Below, in pieces: positions 11,366 through 21,054 of a DNA stretch of 64,000 nt. The position numbers and the translations under genes are program-made. This DNA comes from Salinispira sp. (GTDB lineage Bacteria > Spirochaetota > Spirochaetia > DSM-27196 > Salinispiraceae). Below the pieces are notes generated by a model, which saw only the letters and a program-made list of their open reading frames with translations, was not told where the DNA came from and did not search any database. Location of the stretch: positions 228,528 to 292,527 of the forward strand of contig CBDDDG010000022.1 in assembly GCA_965226555.1 (NCBI GenBank). Reading direction: 5' to 3'. Numbering within the stretch: the stretch's first letter is position 1; each line of letters starts with the position of its first letter.

Positions 11366-14300
11366 ATGCTCCTGTTCCGCAGACAATACATTTTTATTAT
11401 TGCTCTTCTTGTTTTTTCATTGTTTTTTCTGGGAAGTCAGGAAGATGATATGATCTACGAAGAACTGGTTGAAATGGCTCGCCAATTTGGTCTTGAAGCA
11501 ACAGGAAATCGTCTGATACTTCAGGAACGCCTGCGTGATCTTCTCGATAACCCAATTCAGGCGCGGGAATCGCTTCCGGCTGCAGATAATGCCCTTGCCC
11601 GAGTTAGTCAGTCGGATGCAGGGTCATATGTACAGGGAAAAGAGGGCGATGAGCTGGAACTTCAGGGGAATGTTATAGTCATCGTCAATAGTGAAGAATA
11701 TCAGACAACACATACCATTTCAGCAGACCTCATTCGGTATAATGAGACACTCCGGCAACTATCCGCGGAGGGAAATGTTAGTTATCTTATGGAAGGCGAA
11801 TCGAGAAATGATCGGTTTTTTGGTAACCAGCTGCTTTTTCTTCTGGATGAAAACGAAACCTTGTTTCTTGAGGGAAGCGGAGAAAATGAATCTTCCCAGG
11901 AAAGTGTTGCCATTGACATTGCCCGGGAATTACAGGCAGATACATCAGATACCCTGGGGGTGGAATTTTCGTACCGAAGTGAATTTATTTCCCGGAATCA
12001 GGATAATGTCATTGTAATGGATAAGGGGTTTATTTCCTCGCCTCGAACAGAATCGCCGAACTACCGGCTATCGTTTGAAAAAATCTGGATTCTTTCGCCG
12101 GGAGAATGGGGTATTGAAGGAGCTGGTTTGTATGTCGGAAACATTCCCCTTTTCGCTCTTCCATTTCTTTATTTGCCGGGAAACGAAATTATCTTTCATC
12201 CTGCCTTTGTTTTTGACGATATCAGGGGCGACGGTCTTAATACAACAACCTATTTCTTTGGAGAGAAAGAAAAGGAAGATAATCCCTTTCTCTTTTTTCA
12301 ACTAACCGATAATCAGAATGTTGAAAGTTACTCTCCAATGGGGATTTTCCTCCAACCGGATAACAATTATGAAGAAGATAACAGCGAGGAAGAGGTTTTT
12401 GAATATCTTAAATTGTATGCGGATATTTACAGTCTCCGAGGGTTTAGTATTGGGCTGGGTTTTGATCTTGTTCCGGTGGATGTCTTTGATGCGGATGGGC
12501 TCATCCTCTTCTCCCTGACCCGGGAAATGTACGCCGGTAATAACGGGCAGGATAACACGTCCCTGTATAATTCCCCTGAAGGGGAATTAATATCTGTGTG
12601 GCATGAATCGCGTTTTGCCGGAATTACCATACCGTTTCGGTTTATTGTTGATCTTCAACTTTCACTTTCCTTCCCCGAACTCAGTTTTTCACTGACACTT
12701 CCGATATATTCGGATCCCTTTATCAGCGGCGAATTTAATGAGCGCGCTGAAGATATTCCCTGGGATGCAATCTTACTCGGCGGTGTGAGCGGCGCGCAGA
12801 GCCTGTCGTTTCCATCAACATCGATGAATTGGGGCTTATCGGCTTCCCTTACACCGACCATGCCGGAGTTTCTCCGCCCCCTGTTTAATTCTTTCTCAAT
12901 TCGGGATTTGAAAACGCAGTTTTCCTGGAATACCGCAACAGCAGGCGATCTTCCAGTTGAGAATAGTTCGGCCATAAACAGTCCAGAACGGCAGTACTTT
13001 GTCCCACAGCAACTGCGCCTGCCATCGGGCACCGTAGCGCTTTCCGGTACAATTCTCCAGTTTCCCGCGAAGAATACTTCGTCGGCTACAGCATCTGAAG
13101 AGGAGAATGAAATGCCTGAATATTTTGAACAATTTTACGTGCCGGAAAAGCGAATAGATGACGATAGGGCTTCATCCATAGACGATGACTATTCGGGTGC
13201 TGCGCAAAACAATGAATTTATTCGCCCGGCAGCTCTCAATACGCCAGCCTTCACGAAAGATGATGATCTGGGCTATAAACTTTCATACTCTCTCTCCAAT
13301 AAGCATTTTCTTGTAATGTTCTTTGAGAATTTTACTGAAGATACCTATTCAATTTCGCATAGCAATTTCCAGGATGACATTAATATCTCACTTTCTCAGA
13401 ACCTCAAGCTTGTACAATCTCTTTTCAATATGCAAACAGGGCTTACCTATCGAGGCGTTTTCAGGGAATCCTTTGGATTTTCCGATATGCTTACCGATTC
13501 CATACGCGACGATTTAATACGGCAATCGGAGATGCAGAACTCGCAGCGCCTGAATCTGAGCAATACCACAACAGTAAATCCTCTGGCGCTTGTGTATACT
13601 GATCTGGGTTTTTTACTTACCCACAGCCTAGATCTGAAGCTCTGGAGTTGGTCTGATACCGGCGGTGGAAATTTTGTCGACGATACATTTATGTGGGATG
13701 CCGACCATGTAAATCAACATCAATTACAGAGCAGTGTTTCCTTTTCATTGTTTGAAATTATCGGACAGGAAATGTCGTTCCGCTATGTTCTTCCGCCTCT
13801 GAACGAGGTTCTCGATATTTCATATGCGCTTACCAGTAATCCTTTCCGAACATCACTGAAACTCACAATGCGGCAGGAAACCACTGAAGATTCTCTCAGC
13901 GCCCATGATCTTCTCTGGAATAATAAATTATCTCTCATGGATGATCTGAATCTCGGAGCTGATTTTCGCTGGGCCTTTGACCCGGATATTGTTCCGGAAG
14001 AATATAAGTTTTCTCTTAAGGCCTTTTGGTACGATGCCTCAGTAGCATTTAAAAACAGAAATATTCTCACCCTGAACAGTACACAAACTGCCTGGCTGCA
14101 GCAGAGTTCTCAGGAATTTCGTCTCTCGAATATGCAGCATAATCTTAAAATACCATTTAAACTGCCTGAAAATAATTCGGTACGGTTCAGCGGTTCGGTA
14201 AATACAGGCTGGAAGCATGATTTTGTTGAATTTACCTCATCAAGTTTGAGTTTCAAAACATCATTGGATATTCTGTTCCCCAATTTTCTTGCGCTGCGCC

Positions 14301-14665
14301 TCTCCGTCAATAGTGTAAATAATGCCATCTATCAGTATTTTCCAGATTATACCCGGCAAATTGGAATTCCCACCCGTAATTTATTTGAGGATTTACTGAG
14401 TAGTTTCAATTTTTTCGATATTTCGGAACGCCGAAAAAGTAACTTTAAACTTCAGTCAATTTCTTTGCAGCTTTTTCATGATCTCGGAGATTGGATGCTG
14501 AAGATGGAATATAATTGGCTGCCAAAAATTGTAACGACCGATGGAATACGGCAATATGAAATTGAAAATAAATTCAAATTTTTTCTTCAGTGGCTGCCGA
14601 TTTCCGAAATCAAAAATGAAATTGATATTGATATTATTGAAGATAAATGGGTTGTTGATTATTGA
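11366..14665 (+). CDS. Large outer-membrane protein, LptD-like
   Basis: Signal peptide, OstA-like N-terminal region, motif LYVGNIPLFALPFLYLP and beta-strand-rich C-terminus. Confidence 0.65.
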   Translation: MLLFRRQYIFIIALLVFSLFFLGSQEDDMIYEELVEMARQFGLEATGNRLILQERLRDLLDNPIQARESLPAADNALARVSQSDAGSYVQGKEGDELELQGNVIVIVNSEEYQTTHTISADLIRYNETLRQLSAEGNVSYLMEGESRNDRFFGNQLLFLLDENETLFLEGSGENESSQESVAIDIARELQADTSDTLGVEFSYRSEFISRNQDNVIVMDKGFISSPRTESPNYRLSFEKIWILSPGEWGIEGAGLYVGNIPLFALPFLYLPGNEIIFHPAFVFDDIRGDGLNTTTYFFGEKEKEDNPFLFFQLTDNQNVESYSPMGIFLQPDNNYEEDNSEEEVFEYLKLYADIYSLRGFSIGLGFDLVPVDVFDADGLILFSLTREMYAGNNGQDNTSLYNSPEGELISVWHESRFAGITIPFRFIVDLQLSLSFPELSFSLTLPIYSDPFISGEFNERAEDIPWDAILLGGVSGAQSLSFPSTSMNWGLSASLTPTMPEFLRPLFNSFSIRDLKTQFSWNTATAGDLPVENSSAINSPERQYFVPQQLRLPSGTVALSGTILQFPAKNTSSATASEEENEMPEYFEQFYVPEKRIDDDRASSIDDDYSGAAQNNEFIRPAALNTPAFTKDDDLGYKLSYSLSNKHFLVMFFENFTEDTYSISHSNFQDDINISLSQNLKLVQSLFNMQTGLTYRGVFRESFGFSDMLTDSIRDDLIRQSEMQNSQRLNLSNTTTVNPLALVYTDLGFLLTHSLDLKLWSWSDTGGGNFVDDTFMWDADHVNQHQLQSSVSFSLFEIIGQEMSFRYVLPPLNEVLDISYALTSNPFRTSLKLTMRQETTEDSLSAHDLLWNNKLSLMDDLNLGADFRWAFDPDIVPEEYKFSLKAFWYDASVAFKNRNILTLNSTQTAWLQQSSQEFRLSNMQHNLKIPFKLPENNSVRFSGSVNTGWKHDFVEFTSSSLSFKTSLDILFPNFLALRLSVNSVNNAIYQYFPDYTRQIGIPTRNLFEDLLSSFNFFDISERRKSNFKLQSISLQLFHDLGDWMLKMEYNWLPKIVTTDGIRQYEIENKFKFFLQWLPISEIKNEIDIDIIEDKWVVDY

Positions 14666-15201
14666 CCACCTTCCTATTTGAAAGTAGACTAATGGTATTA
14701 ATGGCTGATCAATTATCAGTGGCACAGAGCGAAGATACTCCTGCCTCATTTCACACTGTGGAATTATTCTGTATTAATATTATGCCCCCCGCATGGCTTG
14801 AAAATGTTATTCCCTTTGTCGTAAAAGTTCTTGAATACCAGAAGTATCGCCGCTGGACTCTTTCAGTTGTTTTCTGTGACGATACATACATACAAAATCT
14901 GAATATGCGCTATCGGCATCAGAATTACCCGACCGATGTTCTTAGTTTCCCCCAAATTAGTACTCCCGCAGAACTTCCTGCGGATCATTTTGATGCCGGC
15001 GATGTTATAATTTCCCTGGAAATGTTATCGGAAAATGCCCGGTATTTTCACGTTGAAGAAGAGGAGGAATTAAAGCGCCTTCTTATTCATGGTATTCTGC
15101 ACCTTGGCGGTTGGGATCATGCAGATAATAATCCTGGACAGATCATGCTTAAAATGCAGGAGGAGATTCTGCGCACCCTTTTGGAGGAGAAGATATATTG
15201 A
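14662..15201 (+). CDS. ybeY: rRNA maturation endoribonuclease YbeY (start uncertain)
   Basis: LNxxYR, PTDVLSF, GDVIIS and HGILHLGGWDH. Confidence 0.93.
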   Translation: MTTFLFESRLMVLMADQLSVAQSEDTPASFHTVELFCINIMPPAWLENVIPFVVKVLEYQKYRRWTLSVVFCDDTYIQNLNMRYRHQNYPTDVLSFPQISTPAELPADHFDAGDVIISLEMLSENARYFHVEEEEELKRLLIHGILHLGGWDHADNNPGQIMLKMQEEILRTLLEEKIY

Positions 15202-15202
15202 T

Positions 15203-15982
15203 ATGAAGAACTTTTTTTCTCAATTATTTCGTTCAAACAATAAGGACCCAGCCTTTCATTCTCTTAATATTGATGAACGGGATATGATTAAAGGCGTTTT
15301 CGAACTATCGGATACAAATGTCAAAGAAATTATGGTTCCCCGTATTGATGTTGTGAGTCTTTCGACAGATACAGACGAAGAATCTCTTATCCGTAAGGTT
15401 ATTGAATCAGGCCATTCCCGATTTCCCATATATCAGGAAACCATCGACAATGTCATCGGTATCGTATATGTAAAAGACATTACGGCACGGCTTATCCGTA
15501 AGCAATCTGCCGGTATTAAGGAAATCAGCCGCAACGCGTATTTTGTTCCCGAAAGCATGAAACTGAATGTTCTGCTTAAGGAAATGAAGCGGCGGCGTGT
15601 ACACATTGCGGTGGTTGTTGATGAATACGGTGGAATGAGCGGAATTGTCTGTATGGAAGATATTCTCGAGGAAATAATTGGCGATATTCAGGATGAATTT
15701 GATAATGAAACTGAGGACATCATTAAGATCGGAGAGGGTGTTTATCTCTGCGATGCGAGAGTTAGTGTCAGCGATCTGAATGAGCAGATCAATGTGACCC
15801 TCCCTGAAGATGATTTTGATACCCTCGGCGGATATGTATTTGATCTTTTTGGGAAAATACCGGTGAAATTTGAGAAGGTTGAAAAGGATTCATACATTTT
15901 TATTATTCAGGAGATGGACGGTCATAAAATTCGAAGCATCAAATTGCTGATCTCCCGGGAAGGAAATGATGCCAAAGAATAG
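15203..15982 (+). CDS. tlyC: Hemolysin C / CorC family CBS-domain protein
   Basis: VKEIMVPR, HSRFPIY, VVDEYGG, EDILEEIIGDIQDEFD and FDTLGG; follows ybeY. Confidence 0.9.
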   Translation: MKNFFSQLFRSNNKDPAFHSLNIDERDMIKGVFELSDTNVKEIMVPRIDVVSLSTDTDEESLIRKVIESGHSRFPIYQETIDNVIGIVYVKDITARLIRKQSAGIKEISRNAYFVPESMKLNVLLKEMKRRRVHIAVVVDEYGGMSGIVCMEDILEEIIGDIQDEFDNETEDIIKIGEGVYLCDARVSVSDLNEQINVTLPEDDFDTLGGYVFDLFGKIPVKFEKVEKDSYIFIIQEMDGHKIRSIKLLISREGNDAKE

Positions 15983-17987
15983 ACCTCTTTTATACTACTG
16001 TATTTTTGCGTTTATTCTTCTTGTCTGTCAGCTCAACGCTCAAACTGTCAGAAATGATGCTGTCCGATTCTATCAGATGGGACGTGAAGCACTCAATCAG
16101 AACCGTATTCTTGATGCAATCCAATTTTTTCAACAGTCGAGTGAGTATAATGAGAATTACAGTGATGCGTACAGGGAAACTGCCCGCGCGTTTTATTATT
16201 TGGATGAACTCGATGAAGCCGAAGACTATATCATGCAGGCGCTTAATCTTGCTCCCCTCGACAGCCGTAATCTTAATTTACATGGGCGAATTCTTATAAC
16301 GGGCGGAAAATTTGATGAAGCAGAAATCATTTTTACCGATATTATCTCCCGGGAACGTTTTAATGTCGAAGCCCGTATCGGTCTGGGAGAACTTTCGGCA
16401 GCTCGGGGTGATATTGTTCAGGCACGGGAATATTATCAGGATTCTCTTGATCTCTTTCCCGATGATTATCGGGTTCTTTTGAGCCTTGCCTTTGTATATC
16501 AGGAGCAGGGGCGCCTGAACAGGGCAGAAGATTACATTACTGCCGCATTAGATATTGAAAGTCAGAACCCCTGGGTTTATATATACGCCGCAAATTTTTT
16601 CATGCGTATTGGTGAACTTTCAGAAGCTGAGCCTTATGCCCTCAGGGCATTGAATTTACAGGAAAATTTTATTCCGGCATTGGAAATTCTCAGTAGAATT
16701 TATGTGAAGCTGGAAAAATATGAATCGGCGCAATTGGTTTTAGATCAACTCGATATCAATGCTTTGGCAGATAATGCCCATACACTCTATACTCGGGCTC
16801 TTGTCGAATACTACCGTAATAGAACCGATGAAGCCCTGCGAACTCTTGAAACAATTCTTCGCGATAATCCAGATAATGAAATTGCCAGACTTCTTCTTGA
16901 AGATATTCTGCTGAACGAAAAAGATTTTGATGATCCTCAGCGTATTACCCACGCAGATTTTCACTTTGCCCGGGCCCTTGAGTATGTACAGCGGAATCAA
17001 AATCAATCGGCGCGATACCACTACAATCGCGGTCTTATGCTTGAACCGTTTTCACCTGAGGGCCGGCGTTCCTATGCCCGTTTTTTTCGTGAAACAGGAG
17101 AATATGCTCAGTATGTGAATCAGATCAATTTTCTCAGACAGCAGATATCGGTTAACAATACCAGTCTGGATGATGACTATGAAATATACACTGATCTTCT
17201 TCGCAATTCGGTTTCCCGGAAATGGAAGACTGATCAATTTACCGTTGAACGCGATAAATTCAATATGATCCTGTTCACTAACAATGAGAGCAGGGTGCTT
17301 CATAACGAATTAGACAGACTCATTGCAAGCCTCCTCATGGATCAATTGTATAGTAGTACCCGAATAGACTTCGCTGCACAAGAGAATACAGCAGGCGCCT
17401 TTTCATTTGAACCCGTTCACATGGACAGTGATTCTGAGGCATTTATCCGGGCGCGGACAGAGCAGGCCGATTATTACCTGTTTCTTGTAATCAATGAACG
17501 CACAGACAGCATTACTGCGAGCGCTGAACTTCATTTAGGGCGAACAGGGAGAATGCTTCAGAATTTTGTTGTAAGCCGCAGCGGAAATACCCGCATTAAA
17601 GATACGGTATTCCAGTTGAGCGCGCACATACTCCAGGCCTTGCCCATTAGGGGGAGTATTCTTGAGCGTAATTTTGAAACTGCGCTTATCAATCTCGGTC
17701 AGAAAGATGGTCTCATTGCAGGAGATTCACTCAATATCATAAAATCTGCTGATTTAGCCCAGAATCATGTAAATCTCAATTTTACATACCGGCAGGAAGA
17801 TATTGTCGGCACTGCAACCGTAAATCGGGTCGATGTTTTGCTCAGTGAAGTTGAGATTGAGCCGGCTGGTTTCTTTGATAATGTAAACCGCGGCGACACA
17901 GTATTCAGTATCGGAAATCCTGAAATTGACGATGGCATAACAGATAATAATTCCGGACTGTATGAACTTCTCCGTGACATTCGTTAA
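15966..17987 (+). CDS. Exported tetratricopeptide-repeat protein
   Basis: Signal peptide and multiple 34-aa TPR-like repeats. Confidence 0.8.
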   Translation: MMPKNRPLLYYCIFAFILLVCQLNAQTVRNDAVRFYQMGREALNQNRILDAIQFFQQSSEYNENYSDAYRETARAFYYLDELDEAEDYIMQALNLAPLDSRNLNLHGRILITGGKFDEAEIIFTDIISRERFNVEARIGLGELSAARGDIVQAREYYQDSLDLFPDDYRVLLSLAFVYQEQGRLNRAEDYITAALDIESQNPWVYIYAANFFMRIGELSEAEPYALRALNLQENFIPALEILSRIYVKLEKYESAQLVLDQLDINALADNAHTLYTRALVEYYRNRTDEALRTLETILRDNPDNEIARLLLEDILLNEKDFDDPQRITHADFHFARALEYVQRNQNQSARYHYNRGLMLEPFSPEGRRSYARFFRETGEYAQYVNQINFLRQQISVNNTSLDDDYEIYTDLLRNSVSRKWKTDQFTVERDKFNMILFTNNESRVLHNELDRLIASLLMDQLYSSTRIDFAAQENTAGAFSFEPVHMDSDSEAFIRARTEQADYYLFLVINERTDSITASAELHLGRTGRMLQNFVVSRSGNTRIKDTVFQLSAHILQALPIRGSILERNFETALINLGQKDGLIAGDSLNIIKSADLAQNHVNLNFTYRQEDIVGTATVNRVDVLLSEVEIEPAGFFDNVNRGDTVFSIGNPEIDDGITDNNSGLYELLRDIR

Positions 17988-18113
17988 GGAAGTTGTCTAT
18001 CACTTATTGCGATGGGATATTGCGTATTTCCGTATTTGGATTTTTCAGGGCTTGCTGTACTCTCCGGTGTAGAAATATGGTGAAAAGAAAATATTCATAA
18101 ACGGAGGGCGAAT

Positions 18114-18389
18114 ATGAAAAAATGTATTGTTGCTTTGTTATTGCTCATGTCATTCGGCATGACAAATGTATACTCTCAGTTGCGTTCAGTTAGTGAAATT
18201 ATTGATTCAGAATGTGTAGGAGTCGATAATTACACAATATACGATACAACAGAAATGAACCAAAGAGAAATACACGCTATTATTAGTGAAAAAAAACGTT
18301 TGGCGCTTGAGTTACGGGTGCCGCCGCAGCATATTTTTAACAAATTGTTTAATAAAAACGCTGTGTATGAAGCGGCCTTGGAGAAATAG
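18114..18389 (+). CDS. Small exported hypothetical protein (possibly a remnant)
   Basis: SD ggaggg and signal peptide MKKCIVALLLL. Confidence 0.5.
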   Translation: MKKCIVALLLLMSFGMTNVYSQLRSVSEIIDSECVGVDNYTIYDTTEMNQREIHAIISEKKRLALELRVPPQHIFNKLFNKNAVYEAALEK

Positions 18390-18568
18390 TTGAATTCTGG
18401 GAAAATATAGAAACACTCGAAGAAGTTATAGATTCATTTAAATAGAACGTTTGAAAAAAGAAATAAATAGTGAGAAATTTTTTCTTGCGCCATGGTGATA
18501 TATCTGATTGACAGTCGCTCAGCCTGCATAGTAAGGTAATGCTACTATTACACAAGAGGAGGTTATTG

Positions 18569-20230
18569 ATGAAATTGATAACTAATATACCAAGCAACAA
18601 GAACAGAAACAGCAGGAAGCATTCCGGCCAGCATCTGCCGAAGAAATTCCTGTCCATATCCATTCTTTTTTTCGCGGTCGGCGGACTCGTGTTCGGCATG
18701 GGCCGGAACGATGATTTTAACGCGATCTTCAATACGAATAATGAAGTCGGGGACGATTGCAACACACTTGCGGATACAGGGGATGATTTCAACACGCTTG
18801 GTGCTGCTGGGAATGGTTCCCCTGAAGGAATTTGGTCAGATGGAACAACGATGTGGGTGTTAGATGGTAGCGATGAAAAAATTTATGCCTACAATATGAC
18901 TACTAAAGCCTGCGATAGTAGTAAAAATTTCAACAAGCTTCGGAATGATCGCTCTACAGGCATCTGGTCGGATGGGACAACAATGTGGGTGGCAGATTTT
19001 AGCGATGCCAAAATATATGCCTACAAGATGAGATCAAAATCCCGAGATAGAAGTAAAGATTTCAACACACTAGAGGATGCTGGAAATTATTTATCCGCAG
19101 GCATCTGGTCAGATGGGACAACAATGTGGGTGGCGAATTATGGACTTGACCTCGGTGGGAGTACTATCAATGCCAAAATATATGCCTACGACATGACTAC
19201 CAAAGAGCGCGATAGTAGCAAAGATTTCGACACGCTTGATGCCGAGAATACTTCCCCCCAAGGAATTTGGTCAGATGGGACAACAATGTGGGTGGTAGAT
19301 TCTTATCCTGTGCCTTTTACGACATCCAGCAAGAAGATCTATGCCTACAACATGATTACGAAAGAGCGCGATAGTAGCAAAGATTTCAACATGCTACAGG
19401 ATGCTGGAAATCATCACGCCCGCGACATTTGGTCAGATGGGGATACAATGTGGGTGGCAGATTATGGCGATAACAAAATCTATGCCTACGACATGTCTTC
19501 ATATTCTTACAAGATGAGTGAAAAATTGGGCGATATTGCAAAATATTTTAACACACTAGATGATGCTGGAAATGATTACGCCCGCGACATTTGGTCAGAT
19601 GAAACAACAATGTGGGTGTTAGATACTATCGATGACAAAATCTATGCCTACAAGATGACTACCAAAAAACGCGATAATAGCAAAGATTTCGACACGCTTG
19701 ATGCCGAGAATACTTCCCCCCTAGGAATTTGGTCAGATGGGACAACAATGTGGGTGGCAGATCTTAGCGATAGAATCTTTGCCTACGACATGACTACCAA
19801 AGAGCGCGATGAGGAGAAAGATTTCACCCCTAATGGTTTATCTGTGGATATCTGGTCAGATGGGACAACGATGTGGGGGGCAGGTTATAGCGAAAAAATC
19901 TTTGCCTACGACATGACTACCAAAGGGCGCGATGATGATAAAGATTTCGACGCGATTTTTGAAGTTGAGGAGATTAGCAGTATCTGGTCAGATGGGACAA
20001 CGATGTGGGTGGCAGATGAGGATGATCGCAAAATCTATGCCTACAATATGACTACCAAAGAGCGCGATGAGGAAAAGGATTTCAACATCAACGCGCTACA
20101 GAATGCAGGGAATTATTTCCCCGTAGGCATCTGGTCGGATGGGACAACGATGTGGGTGCTAGATGGTGAAGATAGCAAAATCTATGCCTACGCCATGGGA
20201 GACAGATATACTTCTCCAGCTGCTCAATAG
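18569..20230 (+). CDS. Exported repeat protein with ten (G/D)IWSDGTTMWV repeats, predicted beta-propeller
   Basis: SD gaggagg before ATG 18569; signal peptide; ten repeats of about 42-55 aa. Confidence 0.85.
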   Translation: MKLITNIPSNKNRNSRKHSGQHLPKKFLSISILFFAVGGLVFGMGRNDDFNAIFNTNNEVGDDCNTLADTGDDFNTLGAAGNGSPEGIWSDGTTMWVLDGSDEKIYAYNMTTKACDSSKNFNKLRNDRSTGIWSDGTTMWVADFSDAKIYAYKMRSKSRDRSKDFNTLEDAGNYLSAGIWSDGTTMWVANYGLDLGGSTINAKIYAYDMTTKERDSSKDFDTLDAENTSPQGIWSDGTTMWVVDSYPVPFTTSSKKIYAYNMITKERDSSKDFNMLQDAGNHHARDIWSDGDTMWVADYGDNKIYAYDMSSYSYKMSEKLGDIAKYFNTLDDAGNDYARDIWSDETTMWVLDTIDDKIYAYKMTTKKRDNSKDFDTLDAENTSPLGIWSDGTTMWVADLSDRIFAYDMTTKERDEEKDFTPNGLSVDIWSDGTTMWGAGYSEKIFAYDMTTKGRDDDKDFDAIFEVEEISSIWSDGTTMWVADEDDRKIYAYNMTTKERDEEKDFNINALQNAGNYFPVGIWSDGTTMWVLDGEDSKIYAYAMGDRYTSPAAQ

Positions 20231-20484
20231 GCATTTCTCTGTTCCGGCATTGTCTTGTGCAGGGGCATTGCCATGCCTGTTACAATTCATAAAGGAAAAT
20301 AAAATTATGAACAAAGATGTTGTTATAAAGAATCGGGGAATCGGAAAAATCATTTATGAGAAAATTATCCTTCAGGGAATATAGTCTGATGGCTTGTTGC
20401 TGATACAATAACAGGAGGCATTGTCTGTTGATCCGTATTTTTTAGATTCCTATTGATACTTACTCCATCCTTTGGTATATTTAA

Positions 20485-20997
20485 ATGATGATTGATACCC
20501 TCAGAACATCAAAAAAACTGCTGGAAAACGGCTTTTCTCCCCAGCAATCGGAAGTGCTGGTAGATGTCATTGCCCTGCATAACGAAGAACTGGCAACACA
20601 GCGCGATATCAGCTCCCTGAAAAAAGACATCCATGCCCAAATCAGCTCCCTGAAAAAAGACAGTTATGCCCAAATCAGCTCCCTGAAAAAAGACAGTTAT
20701 GCCCAAATCAGCTCCCTGAAAAAAGACATTTATGCCCAAGGCAAAGACATTCATGCCCAAGGCAAAGACATTCAGGAATTGAAAACATCTGTGCAGGAAT
20801 TGAAAGCAACTGCGCAGGCCCAAGGTAAAGACATTCAGGTGCTCAGGGAAGAAACACAAACGAGCATTCAATCCCTGAAGGAGTCTATGGAGAAATCGCA
20901 TAATATTATCCTCTGGATATTAGGATTGTCTATTCCTTCTTTAATAGCGGCAACGGTTGCGGTATTGATATTTTTGATATTATGTAGTAGTCTTTAA
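20485..20997 (+). CDS. DUF1640/CCDC90/Bdr-like coiled-coil protein with C-terminal membrane anchor
   Basis: IDTL..KKL..GFS.QQSE and ELATQRDI head, heptad/hendecad repeats, hydrophobic C-terminus. Confidence 0.75.
   Translation: MMIDTLRTSKKLLENGFSPQQSEVLVDVIALHNEELATQRDISSLKKDIHAQISSLKKDSYAQISSLKKDSYAQISSLKKDIYAQGKDIHAQGKDIQELKTSVQELKATAQAQGKDIQVLREETQTSIQSLKESMEKSHNIILWILGLSIPSLIAATVAVLIFLILCSSL
20608..20775 (+). repeat. In-frame tandem repeats (33 bp x4, then 21-bp units)
   Basis: atcagctccctgaaaaaagac(a..)(t/c)atgcccaa repeated. Confidence 0.85.
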
Positions 20998-21054
20998 GAA
21001 AGGTTTCAACGCGTATTCGCACTGAAACATATTTTTATGAAAAGGAGTATTAAA

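Noticed and set aside
18780..20200. Regularly spaced conserved DNA repeats with variable spacers (CRISPR-like or DGR-like)
   Set aside because: They lie in one open frame encoding protein repeats, the differences are not adenine-specific, and there is no reverse transcriptase in the window.
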